Positions 50,364 through 62,800 of a DNA stretch of 64,000 nucleotides are shown here, one piece after another. The DNA comes from Hyalangium minutum (lineage in GTDB: Bacteria > Myxococcota > Myxococcia > Myxococcales > Myxococcaceae), in the NCBI RefSeq assembly GCF_000737315.1, contig NZ_JMCB01000007.1, positions 321,072 through 385,071 of the forward strand. Reading direction: 5' to 3'. Within the stretch, counting starts at the first letter, position 1; each line of letters starts with the position of its first letter. The notes under the pieces are model-generated. The model made no database searches. It was given only the letters and a program-made list of their open reading frames with translations, and was not told the origin of the DNA. The position numbers and the translations under genes were made by a program.

Positions 50364-51605
50364 TCAGGAGCTGGGCTGCGGGGCGGGAGCGTCCTTCTGC
50401 TCCCGCAGCGGCAGCAGCAGGAACAGGAAGGCCGCTGAGAGCCCCGCGCCCAGCAGGAATACCTGGGCGTAGCTCCAGTGCGCCCGGTCGAAGAGCTGCC
50501 CCGCAATGGGGCCTGCGGGAGCTTTACCCGCAACCTCAATGCTGGCGAAGAGCGTGTAGTGGGTTGCGCCGACGCGGCGGTCTACCCGGGACATCATGAA
50601 GGCGAACACCACCGTCGTCAGTGCCCCGCCGAAGAACTCCTCGGCGATGGTGACGCCGATGACGCCCGCCTCCGTCACGCCCGTCTGTGCGAGCCACCAG
50701 CGGCCCAGCAAGGGGAATAGCCGTAGCGTTGTCGTCAGCGCGAGCGCGCGGAACAACGGCACCCGCGTTGCGAGCAGGCCGCCCAGCGCCGAGCCGAGGA
50801 TGGAGGCTCCCTGCCCCCAGGTTCCGACCCAGAGGCCGATCTGCTCGGGCCGGATGCCCGCATCGACGAGGAAGAGCTTGTAGAGCACGTCGGACATCGT
50901 CTCGCCGAGCTTGTAGGTGCCGATGAACAGCAGCATCCACGCCGTTCCCGGCAGCAGCAGGGCCTCCTTGAGCTGTCCGAGCACCTCGCGCCAGCTCTTG
51001 CGCTCCTCCGAGCCCGAGGACTCCCGGGGCGCGGGCTCTCTCGTGAAGGCCATGAGCGTGAACACGGAGAGAGACAAGGCTGCCATGGAGAGGAACAGCC
51101 CCTTCCAGCCGATGTACTGGCTGGCCCAGACGAGCAGCCCGCCTCCAGTGAGCATTCCCAGCTTGTAGCCCACCACCTGCGCGGCGTTGCCGAAGCCCAG
51201 CTCCTCGGGTCGCAGCGAGTCCACCGCGAATCCGTCCACCGCGATGTCCTGGGTGGCTGCGAAGAGGTTCATCAGGAAGATGAGCCCGAGCAGCGCAGGC
51301 AGCGCTCCCTCCACGGGGACGAAGGCCGCGACGGCACAGGTGGCCGCCAGCGCTGCCTGGAGCGGGAGGATCCACGACTTGCGCCGGCCGATGCGGGCTG
51401 AGCCGTAGCGGTCCACCAGCGGCGCCCACAGCGCCTTGAACAGCCACGGCAGCGCCAGCAACCCGATGAAGCCAATGGCTCCCACCGAGACGCCCTGCAT
51501 GCGCAGGTAGACGGGGAGCGCCGTGGCCTGGAACCCAAAGGGCATGCCCTGAACGAAGTAGAGGGCGCTCAGCAACCCCAGCTTGCGGACAGAGAGCTTC
51601 TTCAC
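50364..51605 (-). CDS. AmpG/RhtX-like MFS transporter
   Basis: LYFVQGMPFG, KALWAPLVDR, AATQDIAVDG; about 12 TM; start uncertain. Confidence 0.85.
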   Translation of the reverse strand: MKKLSVRKLGLLSALYFVQGMPFGFQATALPVYLRMQGVSVGAIGFIGLLALPWLFKALWAPLVDRYGSARIGRRKSWILPLQAALAATCAVAAFVPVEGALPALLGLIFLMNLFAATQDIAVDGFAVDSLRPEELGFGNAAQVVGYKLGMLTGGGLLVWASQYIGWKGLFLSMAALSLSVFTLMAFTREPAPRESSGSEERKSWREVLGQLKEALLLPGTAWMLLFIGTYKLGETMSDVLYKLFLVDAGIRPEQIGLWVGTWGQGASILGSALGGLLATRVPLFRALALTTTLRLFPLLGRWWLAQTGVTEAGVIGVTIAEEFFGGALTTVVFAFMMSRVDRRVGATHYTLFASIEVAGKAPAGPIAGQLFDRAHWSYAQVFLLGAGLSAAFLFLLLPLREQKDAPAPQPSS

Positions 51606-51658
51606 GGGAGGCCTGGGGGCATGGACGCCATCACGGGGTGGATTATCGTCCAGCAACC

Positions 51659-52759
51659 ATGGAGAGGCCATCGTTGGAGAACCTGGAGACGCCCGCCGCG
51701 CTGGTAGACCTGGAGCGCGTCGATGCCAACCTGCGGCGTGTGGATGCCTACGCCCGGCAGCACGGCCTGCGCTGGCGGCCACACACGAAGACGCACAAGG
51801 TCCCCGTGCTCGCGGAGCTTCAGGTCCGGGCTGGGGCGTCCGGCGTCACGGTGGCCACGCCCCACGAAGCGGAGGTGATGAGTGCGGCCTCCAGCGATGT
51901 GTTCCTTGCCTATCCTCCCGTGGGCGCCGCCCGCCTCGAACGGTTGATGAGGCTCTCTGCGCACGTCCAGCTCTCGGTGGGGCTCGATTCCCGCGAAGTG
52001 CTCGAGGGACTGAGCGCCGCCGCGAAAAAGGCCGGGCGTACGGTGGGCGTTCTGGTGGAGATGGACTTGGGCATGCGGCGGGTGGGCGTGCAGCAGCCGG
52101 CGGAAGCGGTGGCACTGGCTCGGGCCATCCAGGCGGCGGAGGCCGTCGAGTACCGCGGCGTCACGTTCTACCCGGGGCACGTCCGTGCTCCCGTGGCGTC
52201 GCAGGACTCAGCGCTGAACGCGGTGTCCGTGCGCCTGGCGGAGTTCCTCGAGGTGCTGTCCAGCGCGGGGCTGCGCCCCCAAGTGGTGAGCGGAGGCTCC
52301 ACGCCCACCCTCTGGCGCTCGCACGAGGTGCACGGGCTGACGGAGATCCGTCCCGGCGTGAACATCCTCAATGATCGCAACTCCGCCGCCGTGGGGGCCT
52401 GCGCCTGGGAGGATTGCGCCTACTCGGTGCTGGCCACGGTGGTGAGCACCACCGTCCCCGGGCAGGCCGTCATTGATGCGGGCGCCAAGGCGCTGGCGAA
52501 GGAGGAGGGGCTCGCGCCGGAGGGCGGGTACGGCGCGCTCCTGGATCGGCCGGACGTGGTGCTCCGGAGCCTCTCCGAGGAGCACGGCCTGCTGGATCTC
52601 TCGAAGACGGAGTGGCGGCCTCGCGTGGGAGACCGTGTGCGGGTGGTGCCGAACCATGTCTGCGTCTCGGTGAACCTGCACGAACGGCTCTGGGCGGTGC
52701 GGAAGGGGGCGGTGGAGCAGGCATGGGCCATCACGGGCCGGGGCTGGGGCGCTCCATGA
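51659..52759 (+). CDS. Fold-type III PLP enzyme (D-threonine aldolase/D-serine dehydratase family)
   Basis: RPHTKTHK, GGSTPT, EIRPG, DAGAKAL, SEEHG, PNHVC. Confidence 0.88.
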   Translation: MERPSLENLETPAALVDLERVDANLRRVDAYARQHGLRWRPHTKTHKVPVLAELQVRAGASGVTVATPHEAEVMSAASSDVFLAYPPVGAARLERLMRLSAHVQLSVGLDSREVLEGLSAAAKKAGRTVGVLVEMDLGMRRVGVQQPAEAVALARAIQAAEAVEYRGVTFYPGHVRAPVASQDSALNAVSVRLAEFLEVLSSAGLRPQVVSGGSTPTLWRSHEVHGLTEIRPGVNILNDRNSAAVGACAWEDCAYSVLATVVSTTVPGQAVIDAGAKALAKEEGLAPEGGYGALLDRPDVVLRSLSEEHGLLDLSKTEWRPRVGDRVRVVPNHVCVSVNLHERLWAVRKGAVEQAWAITGRGWGAP

Positions 52760-52834
52760 ATATGAAATAGCACCGCTCGGCGGAACCCCGAGGCCTGTGA
52801 GGGTGTTCCAGGAGGGCGTTCCTGGAGGACTCTC

Positions 52835-53566
52835 ATGGTGCTCACCCTCGGACTGCTGAGCCTGGTCACGGTGGTTCCCACCGCCGCAGTGGAGATCGAG
52901 GTGTTCGTGCCGCTGTGCGACAACGCCCTGATCGCTTGTGGCCGCAGTGCTGCGGGAGATCCGCGCTCCTTGGAGGCGAACCTTTACTGGGGCGCCGCCT
53001 ACGGGGCGGAGCGCTTCCTCTCCCGGGCTCCTGGCTTCACGGTGCGGAGTCGCCGCGAGGGCGCCCCTGGCTCCGCGGTCTTGCGCGAGCTCGTGCTCGA
53101 GCGCGCCCCGGGAAAGGGGGAGCGGCTCGTCCGGCTCTCTCTCCACGCTTACGCAGGAGATCAGATTGACACGGCCCTGGAAGACTTCCTGCGTGCGGCC
53201 GGAGGCGGCAGTTCGGCGGACCTCGTGGTCTGGGCGGGTCATGACCGGCTCATGGACCGGGAGCCGCCGTTGATTCAGCCCAGTACCCACCTGCCTCCAC
53301 GGCCCGTGGTGGTCCTGGCGTGCATGAGCGAGCAGTACTTCGGGCCGGTGCTGCAATCTCTGGGGGCTCCGCCGGTCGTCCTCACCCGGACGTTGATGGC
53401 GCCCGAGGCCTATCTCCTCGAAGCACTGGCTTCGTCCGCGGCCAGGTACGGGCCCACGGAGTCTCAGCACCTGCGCACCGCGCTGGTGGATGCCTATGCC
53501 CGGTACCAGCGCATCACGCTTCGCGCTGCCAGCTCAGTCTTTTCTCGGCCAGGCGATCGCAAATGA
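52835..53566 (+). CDS. Secreted hypothetical protein
   Basis: GGAGG RBS; signal-like N-terminus; VPLCDN...NLYWGAAYG. Confidence 0.7.
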   Translation: MVLTLGLLSLVTVVPTAAVEIEVFVPLCDNALIACGRSAAGDPRSLEANLYWGAAYGAERFLSRAPGFTVRSRREGAPGSAVLRELVLERAPGKGERLVRLSLHAYAGDQIDTALEDFLRAAGGGSSADLVVWAGHDRLMDREPPLIQPSTHLPPRPVVVLACMSEQYFGPVLQSLGAPPVVLTRTLMAPEAYLLEALASSAARYGPTESQHLRTALVDAYARYQRITLRAASSVFSRPGDRK

Positions 53567-53575
53567 ACGCTCTGA

Positions 53576-54853
53576 TCAGGGCTGCGGGGGAGACTGCATG
53601 TGACGCAGGATCATCGCCTCCAGCCGCTCGAGCGCCTTGTCCAGCACGTCCATGGACGGGCCGAAGGACAGGCGCACGTACTGCCGGAATCGCGAGGCAC
53701 GGGCGCGGCGCTTGCCCGGATTCACGTCGAAGAACTCGCCGGGCACGCAGATGATCTTCTGCTCCAGCGCGGCCCGGAAGAAGCTCATGCCGTCATTGAG
53801 CGGCGCAGGCAGCCCGGCCAGGTTGCCCCACACATAGAAGGTGCCATCCGGCGGCCGGTCCGAGCGGATGCCCAGCCGCTCCAGCCGCGAGTGGAACCGG
53901 TCCCGCTTCTCGCGGAACGCCGCGTTGATGGCCTGTGTCTCGGCGATGACGTGCTGCTCCTCCAGCAGCGGGAGCGCGGCGCGCTGCAGGGGCCGAGTGC
54001 CTCCGCCATCCAGGAAGCTGCCTGCGCTGGAGACGGCCTCGATGACCTGCTTGGGCCCCACCGTCCACGTCATGCGCCAGCCCGGGTAACGCCAGTTCTT
54101 CGTGAGGCCGTCGAAGACGACCACGGGGTCCTTGTTCACGTCCTCCACGTACCGCGTGGCGCTCTCCACGGGGAGCTGCCCGGGGCGCCCCGTCCAGACG
54201 TAGTGCGAGTAGAACTCGTCGATGAGCAGCGTGCACTCCTGCTCGCGCGCCACGCCTACCCAGCGCGCCAGCTCATCGCCCTGCACCAGCTTTCCGGTGG
54301 GGTTGCACGGGTTGGAGAAGAGCAGGGCAGAGAGCCCACGCCCCTGGACCTCGCGCCTCAAGTCGTCGTGCGTGAAGGCGTAGCCGCGCTCGCCCTCCAG
54401 CATGATGGGGATGGCGGTGAACGCCTTGAAGACGTCCAGCAGCTCCTCATAGGCGGTGTAGTCGGGCAGGAAGTGGCCCAGGTTCACTGAGCCGAGGCTC
54501 GCCGCCGCGCGCGTCAGCGAGGTGCGCCCACCTCCGGACAAGCTCACGTTCTCCGCGCTGTACTGGCTGGGCATGCCCTTGCGGTAGAGCCGGTTGTAGA
54601 GGCCAGCGATGGCCTCGCGCACCTCCCAGAGTCCCGCCACCGGGGCGTACTCCAGGTCGGCCACATCCACGGCGACCTTGCCCACCCGCGGAGGAGCGCC
54701 GGGCAGCTCGCCCGTCTCCGGCTGCCCCTGGCCCAGGTTGCACCACTCCGAGTCTCCGGGCTTGTAGCCTCGACGGCCCGCCTCGGTGGTGACGTAGATG
54801 ACGCCCGTGCGAGGCACGGAGCGGAATGCTGGAATCGTGGTTTCGTCGCTCAC
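53576..54853 (-). CDS. Class I/II PLP-dependent aminotransferase
   Basis: NLGQGQPE, SNPCNPTG, IDEFY, GLTKNWRYPGWR; GTG start inferred. Confidence 0.88.
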   Translation of the reverse strand: MSDETTIPAFRSVPRTGVIYVTTEAGRRGYKPGDSEWCNLGQGQPETGELPGAPPRVGKVAVDVADLEYAPVAGLWEVREAIAGLYNRLYRKGMPSQYSAENVSLSGGGRTSLTRAAASLGSVNLGHFLPDYTAYEELLDVFKAFTAIPIMLEGERGYAFTHDDLRREVQGRGLSALLFSNPCNPTGKLVQGDELARWVGVAREQECTLLIDEFYSHYVWTGRPGQLPVESATRYVEDVNKDPVVVFDGLTKNWRYPGWRMTWTVGPKQVIEAVSSAGSFLDGGGTRPLQRAALPLLEEQHVIAETQAINAAFREKRDRFHSRLERLGIRSDRPPDGTFYVWGNLAGLPAPLNDGMSFFRAALEQKIICVPGEFFDVNPGKRRARASRFRQYVRLSFGPSMDVLDKALERLEAMILRHMQSPPQP

Positions 54854-54936
54854 GGCGCGCACCCTAGCGAAGCTTGGAGACGCGCGCCTCTCCAGAGTGT
54901 TGGGGCCTGTACCTCCCGGCGCTCCTCCTCGTGGCT

Positions 54937-55518
54937 TCAGGCGGGCGTAGGCACTCCACCGGGGGGCGCGCGGCGGCCGGGCGTGCGGCTCCAGGAGCGC
55001 AGCCGGAGCGAGAGGCCCAGCATCAGCGCGCCAAAGATGATGGCATACGCGCCAATCCACAGGATCACCGCCAGGGCCCCCGCGGCCGGTGCCACCAGCA
55101 ATAGGACGCCGAAGGCGATCGAGAGGACGCCGCTGAGGGCCATGAGCCACTCTCCCTTGATCTGCTTGCGGAGCCGGATGGCAGCGGCCACTTCGGCCGC
55201 GCCGGTGATGAGGGCCCAGAACGCGATCAGGAGGAGCAGGGCGAGCGCGGTGATGCGGGTCCAGGCGATCGTCAGCACGCCCACGAGGATGCCCACGGCA
55301 CCTTCGAAGATGAGCGAGCCCCAGCTCTGCCCGTCATTGGACCGAACGAGCGCCATCCCGAGGTTGAGCACGCCGTCGACGAGCGCATAGGCCCCGAACA
55401 AGAAGACGAGCGCGAGGAGGCTGGAGCCGGGAGAGATGAAGGTGAGGACGCCGAAGGCAAGGGCGGCGATGCCCCGAAGGGCGAGCGTCCACCAGCGGTT
55501 GGCGAGCGTCATGGCCAT
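54937..55518 (-). CDS. HdeD/DUF308 family membrane protein
   Basis: WWTLALRGIAALAFG; about 6 TM segments. Confidence 0.85.
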   Translation of the reverse strand: MAMTLANRWWTLALRGIAALAFGVLTFISPGSSLLALVFLFGAYALVDGVLNLGMALVRSNDGQSWGSLIFEGAVGILVGVLTIAWTRITALALLLLIAFWALITGAAEVAAAIRLRKQIKGEWLMALSGVLSIAFGVLLLVAPAAGALAVILWIGAYAIIFGALMLGLSLRLRSWSRTPGRRAPPGGVPTPA

Positions 55519-55697
55519 GGTGCTGCACTCCTTCGTCAGAGGAATGGGTCAGTCCTCTCCTAGACGAAGGTGGAGACGGCGCGAGGCCGTGCACAGCGAG
55601 CGGCAAGTCCAGATCCGCCCGTTGGCTGCGGAGAGCTCGTCAGCGCATGGGCCCGGCCGAGACCCTGCCTGCGGTGGCGTTCAGAGTCACCGCACGT

Positions 55698-56510
55698 TCA
55701 CCGGACGATGGGCACCGTCACCGGCTCCCGGTCGTCGATGGTCAGCTCCATCTTCCCCAGGCGCCACAGCGTTGTCTTGAAGGCGGCCTTCACCGTGTGG
55801 TCATCCGCCGTCTCCAGCAGCACCTCGCCCTCCTTCGGGGCGTACTCGCCAATCTCGTACTCCAGCTCCGTGAGGGTGAGCCGCCCCGTGCCGTTGGGGC
55901 CCGTCACCTCGCCTGGCCCGTTGAGCACCAGCGAGGTGCTACCAAAGATCGGCACTCCATCACGCTTGCCCACCTGGCCATCCACACGGAAGGTGTACTC
56001 AGGCTTCTTCGGCAGGGGCCCCTCGGCGAGCACGAAGTAGCGCGACTCGTCTCCGCACGTGCCGTAGCCCACCTCTGCTTGCAGCGAGGAGCCATCCACC
56101 TTCAGCTGGCGCAGGTCCGCCTTCAGCTCCATCCGGTCCTTGCCGCCCGAGTACCTGAAGGCCGTCTGTCCGGACACAGTGCGCTTGCTCACCTCACAGC
56201 CCCCCTGGGGGAAGGAGAGGATCACCGCGTCCGTGGTGGCATCCAACGCCTCGGCGCTGGCGGTGACGCACCCCACCTTCGCCTGGGCCGACTCGACGGC
56301 CTTGCCCACGAAGGTCCTCCGGTCCTCGCCGCAGGTGTACACCGGCAGGAGTCCGAGCAGCTCCAGTGCCGAGCGGGCCTGGTTGGCCACACCGAGCGCC
56401 ACCTCGGCCTTGTCTCGCGCCTCGTCGATCTCCTCCTGGGTGGGAGGACTCCCCCCACACGCGGTGGCAAGGGCGGTGAGGGAGGCAAGGCACAGCGTTC
56501 GGCGCAGCAT
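55698..56510 (-). CDS. Hypothetical lipoprotein
   Basis: MLRRTLCLASLTALATAC lipobox. Confidence 0.7.
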   Translation of the reverse strand: MLRRTLCLASLTALATACGGSPPTQEEIDEARDKAEVALGVANQARSALELLGLLPVYTCGEDRRTFVGKAVESAQAKVGCVTASAEALDATTDAVILSFPQGGCEVSKRTVSGQTAFRYSGGKDRMELKADLRQLKVDGSSLQAEVGYGTCGDESRYFVLAEGPLPKKPEYTFRVDGQVGKRDGVPIFGSTSLVLNGPGEVTGPNGTGRLTLTELEYEIGEYAPKEGEVLLETADDHTVKAAFKTTLWRLGKMELTIDDREPVTVPIVR

Positions 56511-56666
56511 GCGGGGGGCTCCTCGGCGTGTCTCCGGCGCGGGGGCGGCGGACGGACAGGAGCTCAGCAACACCCATGCCTGGGCCAACCCCGCGAGAAC
56601 AGGAGCGGGCTGAGGTGCCGGGTGTGCACCACCGTGCACCGCGCTGCACACGCTTGGGGCTGCCCC

Positions 56667-56702
56667 AAACAGAACGCCCCCCGGTGAATCCACCGGAGGG
56701 CG
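56667..56702 (-). terminator. Intrinsic terminator after ahpD
   Basis: Minus strand cgccctccggtg-gatt-caccggggggcg + ttctgttt. Confidence 0.7.
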
Positions 56703-56729
56703 CTCGTGACAGCAGGACTTCGAGGCGGC

Positions 56730-57254
56730 TTACGACTCCAGGCCCACCGCCGCCGCGTGGATGACGGAGGCGATGCGGACCGCGTCATGCACCTGGTCCT
56801 CGGAGAGGCCGCCCTCGAGGACGACCTTCTCGTGGGACTGCACGCACATCTCGCAGCCGTTGATGGCGCTGATGGCCAGGCAGACCAGCTCGAAGTCCAC
56901 CTTGCTCGTCAGCACCTGGGCCAGCCGGTTCATCCGCAGCCCCGGGCGCTTGGTCGAGTAGGACTCCTTCCCGATCATGTGCCGGAACCGGTAGTAGACG
57001 TTGTTCATCCCCATCAGCGAGGCCGCGGCGCGCGCGTCCTCGATGACAGGCTCGGCGTTGGCCAGGGCCTTCTTCGCCTCGTTGATCATGGCCTCCTTCA
57101 GCCGCTCGTTGCGTGCGGCGAAGGCGCTCCCAACGGCCACACCCCAGCGCTGCTCCGGGGTGAGGCTGCCACCCTCCAGCACGGCCTGGAGGTTGAGGCG
57201 GGTGTCCTTGTGGGCGTCCGCCAGCTCACTGCGAACGACTTCGAGCGAGGCCAT
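56730..57254 (-). CDS. ahpD: Alkyl hydroperoxide reductase AhpD
   Basis: MGMNNVYYRF; SAINGCEMCVQSHE CxxC. Confidence 0.93.
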   Translation of the reverse strand: MASLEVVRSELADAHKDTRLNLQAVLEGGSLTPEQRWGVAVGSAFAARNERLKEAMINEAKKALANAEPVIEDARAAASLMGMNNVYYRFRHMIGKESYSTKRPGLRMNRLAQVLTSKVDFELVCLAISAINGCEMCVQSHEKVVLEGGLSEDQVHDAVRIASVIHAAAVGLES

Positions 57255-57260
57255 GGTGGA

Positions 57261-57815
57261 TTACCCCGCCTTCGCCAGCTTCTTGGTGAGCGTCTCCTCA
57301 CCCTTCTGCCAGTTGCACGGGCACAGCTCGTCGGTCTGGAACGCGTCCAGGGTGCGTACCACCTCGGAGACGTTGCGGCCCACGGACAGGTCATTCACCG
57401 ACACGTGCCGGATGACGCCGGTCGGGTCGATGATGAAGGTGGCGCGCAGGGCCACGCCCTCCTCCTTGTGGAGGATGCCCAGGGCGTTGCACAGCTCGTG
57501 CTTCATGTCCGCCAGCATGGGGAAGGGCAGGGCCTTGAGGTCCGGGTGGTGCGTGCGCCACGCGTGGTGCACGAACTCGCTGTCGGTGCTCAGACCCAGG
57601 ACCACGGCGTCGCGGTCACCGAAGTCCTTGTTCTTCTTCCCGAACTCGGCGATCTCCGTCGGGCAGATGAAGGTGAAGTCCTTGGGCCACGCAAACAGGA
57701 TGATCCACTTCCCCTTGTAGCTGTCCTGGGTGATGGTGGTGAACTCCTTGCCCTTCTCCAGGCTCACGGTGGCCTTCACGGAGAAATTGGGAAGCTTGTC
57801 GCCAACGGTCAGCAT
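57261..57815 (-). CDS. ahpC: 2-Cys peroxiredoxin AhpC
   Basis: PKDFTFICPTEI; ELCPCNW; ATG at 57815. Confidence 0.93.
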   Translation of the reverse strand: MLTVGDKLPNFSVKATVSLEKGKEFTTITQDSYKGKWIILFAWPKDFTFICPTEIAEFGKKNKDFGDRDAVVLGLSTDSEFVHHAWRTHHPDLKALPFPMLADMKHELCNALGILHKEEGVALRATFIIDPTGVIRHVSVNDLSVGRNVSEVVRTLDAFQTDELCPCNWQKGEETLTKKLAKAG

Positions 57816-57886
57816 GTGTGACTCCTTGTGGGGTAGGGGACCTGCCTCCACGGCAGGCCCGAAAGGGTTTTGCCAGCTACCACTAG

Positions 57887-57902
57887 AGCAGACGCCGTGC
57901 CA
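57887..57902 (-). promoter_or_regulatory. sigma54 promoter of ahpC-ahpD
   Basis: Minus strand TGGCACGGCGTCTGCT, near-consensus with GG-N10-GC, 71 bp upstream of the ahpC ATG. Confidence 0.8.
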
Positions 57903-57976
57903 GGAAAACGGTCCCAGTCTTTTCAGGAGGTTAGGGATTGAACCCTCCTGAATCGCGCCGCCGGATAGGTGAATAA

Positions 57977-58010
57977 CGAAATGTCGGTGCGCTTCGCCAC
58001 TGCAATTTCG
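57977..58010. promoter_or_regulatory. Candidate enhancer (UAS): imperfect inverted repeat
   Basis: CGAAATGTCGGTG-N8-CACTGCAATTTCG (10/13 arm match), 75-110 bp upstream of the -24 box. Confidence 0.45.
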
Positions 58011-58034
58011 GTGGCCACTGGCTATTCGTGAGGC

Positions 58035-59624
<1,590 letters not shown>

Positions 59625-59869
59625 CCCGGGGTGGGTTGGGATCGCCCTACGGGGTGAGTTGTGCTTCGCGCCGGAAAAATCCTGTCGCAGTAGTGATTCG
59701 GTGAGATCGCGACGCCGTTCTTCCCACAGCGGTTTGTGCAAAGAGCGTCTGCCGTTGGCTGCAACACCTCGCTACAATTCGCCTCGCTCCACGTGCGACG
59801 GAGCAGCCGCGGAAAGCCCTGTCGCCGGGGGGGGCAGCCAACGCAGTCTCCACCCTGAGGGCGCGCTGT

Positions 59870-62800
59870 ATGAGAACTCGTGCAGCATCTTTTGCCGTAC
59901 TGAGCAGTCTGCTCTGGGCCTGGCCAGGGCTCTCCCTGGCGCAAGAGCTGACGGGGCCGGCGCAGAAAACCTTCACCACGGATGCCGACTTCCAGCCCGG
60001 CACTTTCAACGCTACCCGCGCCGGGGCACCGAACCCGGATCAGCTCCGCATCGACACCGGCGCGAACGTGCCGCCCTACCTCTGGGTCGCCAACGCCAGC
60101 GCGGGCGTCGTCACCAAGGTGGACACACGGACAGGCCTGCAGGTGGCGCGCTACGACTCCGTGCTCACCGTCAACTGGGATGGCTCGGTGCCAGCCGTCC
60201 GTCCACCGCGTGACTCGTGTAACTACCCTGCGGCCGTGGCGGTGGACGCCCAGGGCAACACCTTCGTCTTGAACCGGGGCAACTGCTCCGGCACCTCGGC
60301 GTCCATCACCCGCTACGCGGGTTCGTTGGCCGCGTGCGTGGACCGCAACGGCAACGGGCGGATCGACACCTCCTTCGACGCGAGCGGCAACGGCGCCATC
60401 GACCTGGGCGACCCGGCCGAGTTCTTCGGCCAGTCGGACGAGTGCATTCTCTGGACGAAGAACTTCGCCGCCGCGGGCGACCCGGGACGGGCGCTGGTGG
60501 TGGATGCGGACCAGCACCTCTGGGCCGCGGGCTTCAGCTCGTCGAAGCTCTACCGGATGAATGGGCAGACCGGCGGGGTGCTGCAGGTCATCGACCTTCA
60601 GGCGGAGACGGGTGTCGCCTCCAGCATCCAGAGCCTGGCCATCGGGCCGAGTGGCTACCTCTATACGTCGGACAACAGCACGCAGCGGCTCATCCGGAAG
60701 ATCGATCCGCGCGCCACCTCGGGCAGCCGGGTGGTGGACACGGTGACGTCTCCGGTGCCGACCTTCGGCCTGGTGGTGGACAGCACCGGCAAGGCCTGGC
60801 TGGGCGCGGACTCGGACTCCGCCAGCGGCGTGGTGCGAGCGGACTTCACGGCCCATACGGCGCAGCTCGTGGGCGGCGGAGGCGGGTGCACGGGCCGCAC
60901 GCACGGCGTCGCGGTGGATGCCGCGGGAGACATCTGGGCCGCCTGCTGGGCCTCGGGCCGCTTGCTGCGCGTGGGCAGCGACGGCGCGTACAAGGCCACC
61001 TGGTTCGTGGGCTCGCGGCCCGAGGGCGTGGCCGTGGCGGCGGATGGGAAGATCTGGACCATCAACTCCGGCGCGGATTCGCTGGCGCTGGTCAACCCCG
61101 CGGTGGCGAGCACGGTGCAGTGGTACACCCCCGGCGGCGCCTCGTTCAGCTATGGCGACATGACGGGCTACCACCACCAGCGCTTCACCGCGCGCCAGGG
61201 AACGTGGGGCGCCGTTCATGACGGGGGAGCGGCTGGGGCGACCTGGGGCATGGTCACCTGGAACCAGGAGCCGCAAGGCGCGACACCCGTGGGCGCGAGC
61301 ATCACCGTAGGCGTGAGGGCCGCCGATACAGCCGGTGCCCTGGCCTCGCAGCCCTTCGCGCAGGTGGTGAACGGCCAGGCCTTCGCGGGCATCCGGGGCC
61401 GCTACGTCGAGGTGCTCGCCACGCTGCGCTCGGTGAACTACAGCGCCGATCCAGTGCTGAGCGATCTCACGCTCTACTCGGGCAACCGCGCGCCGGTGGC
61501 GTCCTGCCAGGACCAGAGCGTCTGCGCCGCGGGCCCAGCGTGCACCGCCGAGGCAAGCATCAACCACGGCTCCACGGATCCGGACGGGGACTCCCTCTCC
61601 CTGAGCCAGTTGCCCGCGGGCCCGTATGCCATCGGCCAGCAGCCGGTGAGCCTCACTGTGACCGATGGGTTCGACTCCGACAGCTGCACCGCCAGCGTGC
61701 GCGTGCGCGACTGCGAGCCTCCCTCCATCACCTGCGCACCGCCGGTGCAGGCCGAGTGCACGGGCAACGAGTCGGCCTACGTGTCTGCGGGTGGCGCGGA
61801 AGCGACGGATGCGTGCTCCGCGGTGGACGTAAGCGGGCCGGGCCTGGCCTCCTATCCGCTGGGCTCCACGCCCGTCACGTATACGGCCAAGGACGTGGCG
61901 GGGAACACGGCGGCCTGCACCACCCAGGTGCAGGTGCGCGACACCCTGCCGCCCTCCATCACCTGCCCGGCGGCCACCACCGTGGAGTGCGTGGCGGGGG
62001 CGGCCTCCAACAACGGGGTGGGCACGGCGACGGCGGTGGACGTGTGCTCTCCGGTGGCGGTGCAGGGCCCCGGGCCCGCCAGCTTCCCGGTAGGCCGGGT
62101 GTCGCTCACGTGGTCGGCCTCGGACACCTCGGGCAACACGGCGAGCTGCTCCACGCCCTTCACGGTGGTGGACACGCAGGCCCCCAGCCTCGCGCTCAAT
62201 GGCGCCAACCCGATGCCGCTCGAGTGCATGCGCGACGGGTACTCCGAGCCCGGCGCCACGGCGGTGGACAGCTGCTCGGGAAACATCTCGGGCGCCGTCA
62301 CCATCGAGCGCGGCACCATCGACTCGGCGCGGCTCGGCACGTACCCCGTCACCTACCGCGCGGCGGACAGTGGCGGCAACGTGGCCACCGCCGTGCGCCA
62401 GGTGGTGGTGCAGGACACCCTGGCTCCGGACCTCACGCTGAACGGCGCCTCGAGCGTGCGGCTGGAGTGCAAGGTGGACGTCTACTCCGAGCCGGGCGCC
62501 ATCGCCCAGGACCTCTGCTCGGGCAACCTGGCAGACGCCCTCTCCATCTCCGGCGAGGTGAACACGAACGCCACGGGCGCCTATCCGGTGCGCTACCGTG
62601 TGCAGGACCGCAACGGCCTGGTGACGGAGAAGGTGCGGGACGTGCGCGTGGTGGACACGCGCCCGCCGGTCATCACCCTGGACGGCTCCTCCACACCCGT
62701 CATGGAGTGCTCACGTGACGGCTTGCTGGCGCTGGGGGCCACGGCCACGGACCTGTGCGCCGGGGACATCACGAACCGCATCACGATCTCGGGCACGGAT

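Noticed and set aside
59625-59869. c-di-GMP riboswitch in the leader of the large secreted protein
   Set aside because: GAAA/GCAAA-like words are present, but the GEMM P1/P2 architecture could not be built.
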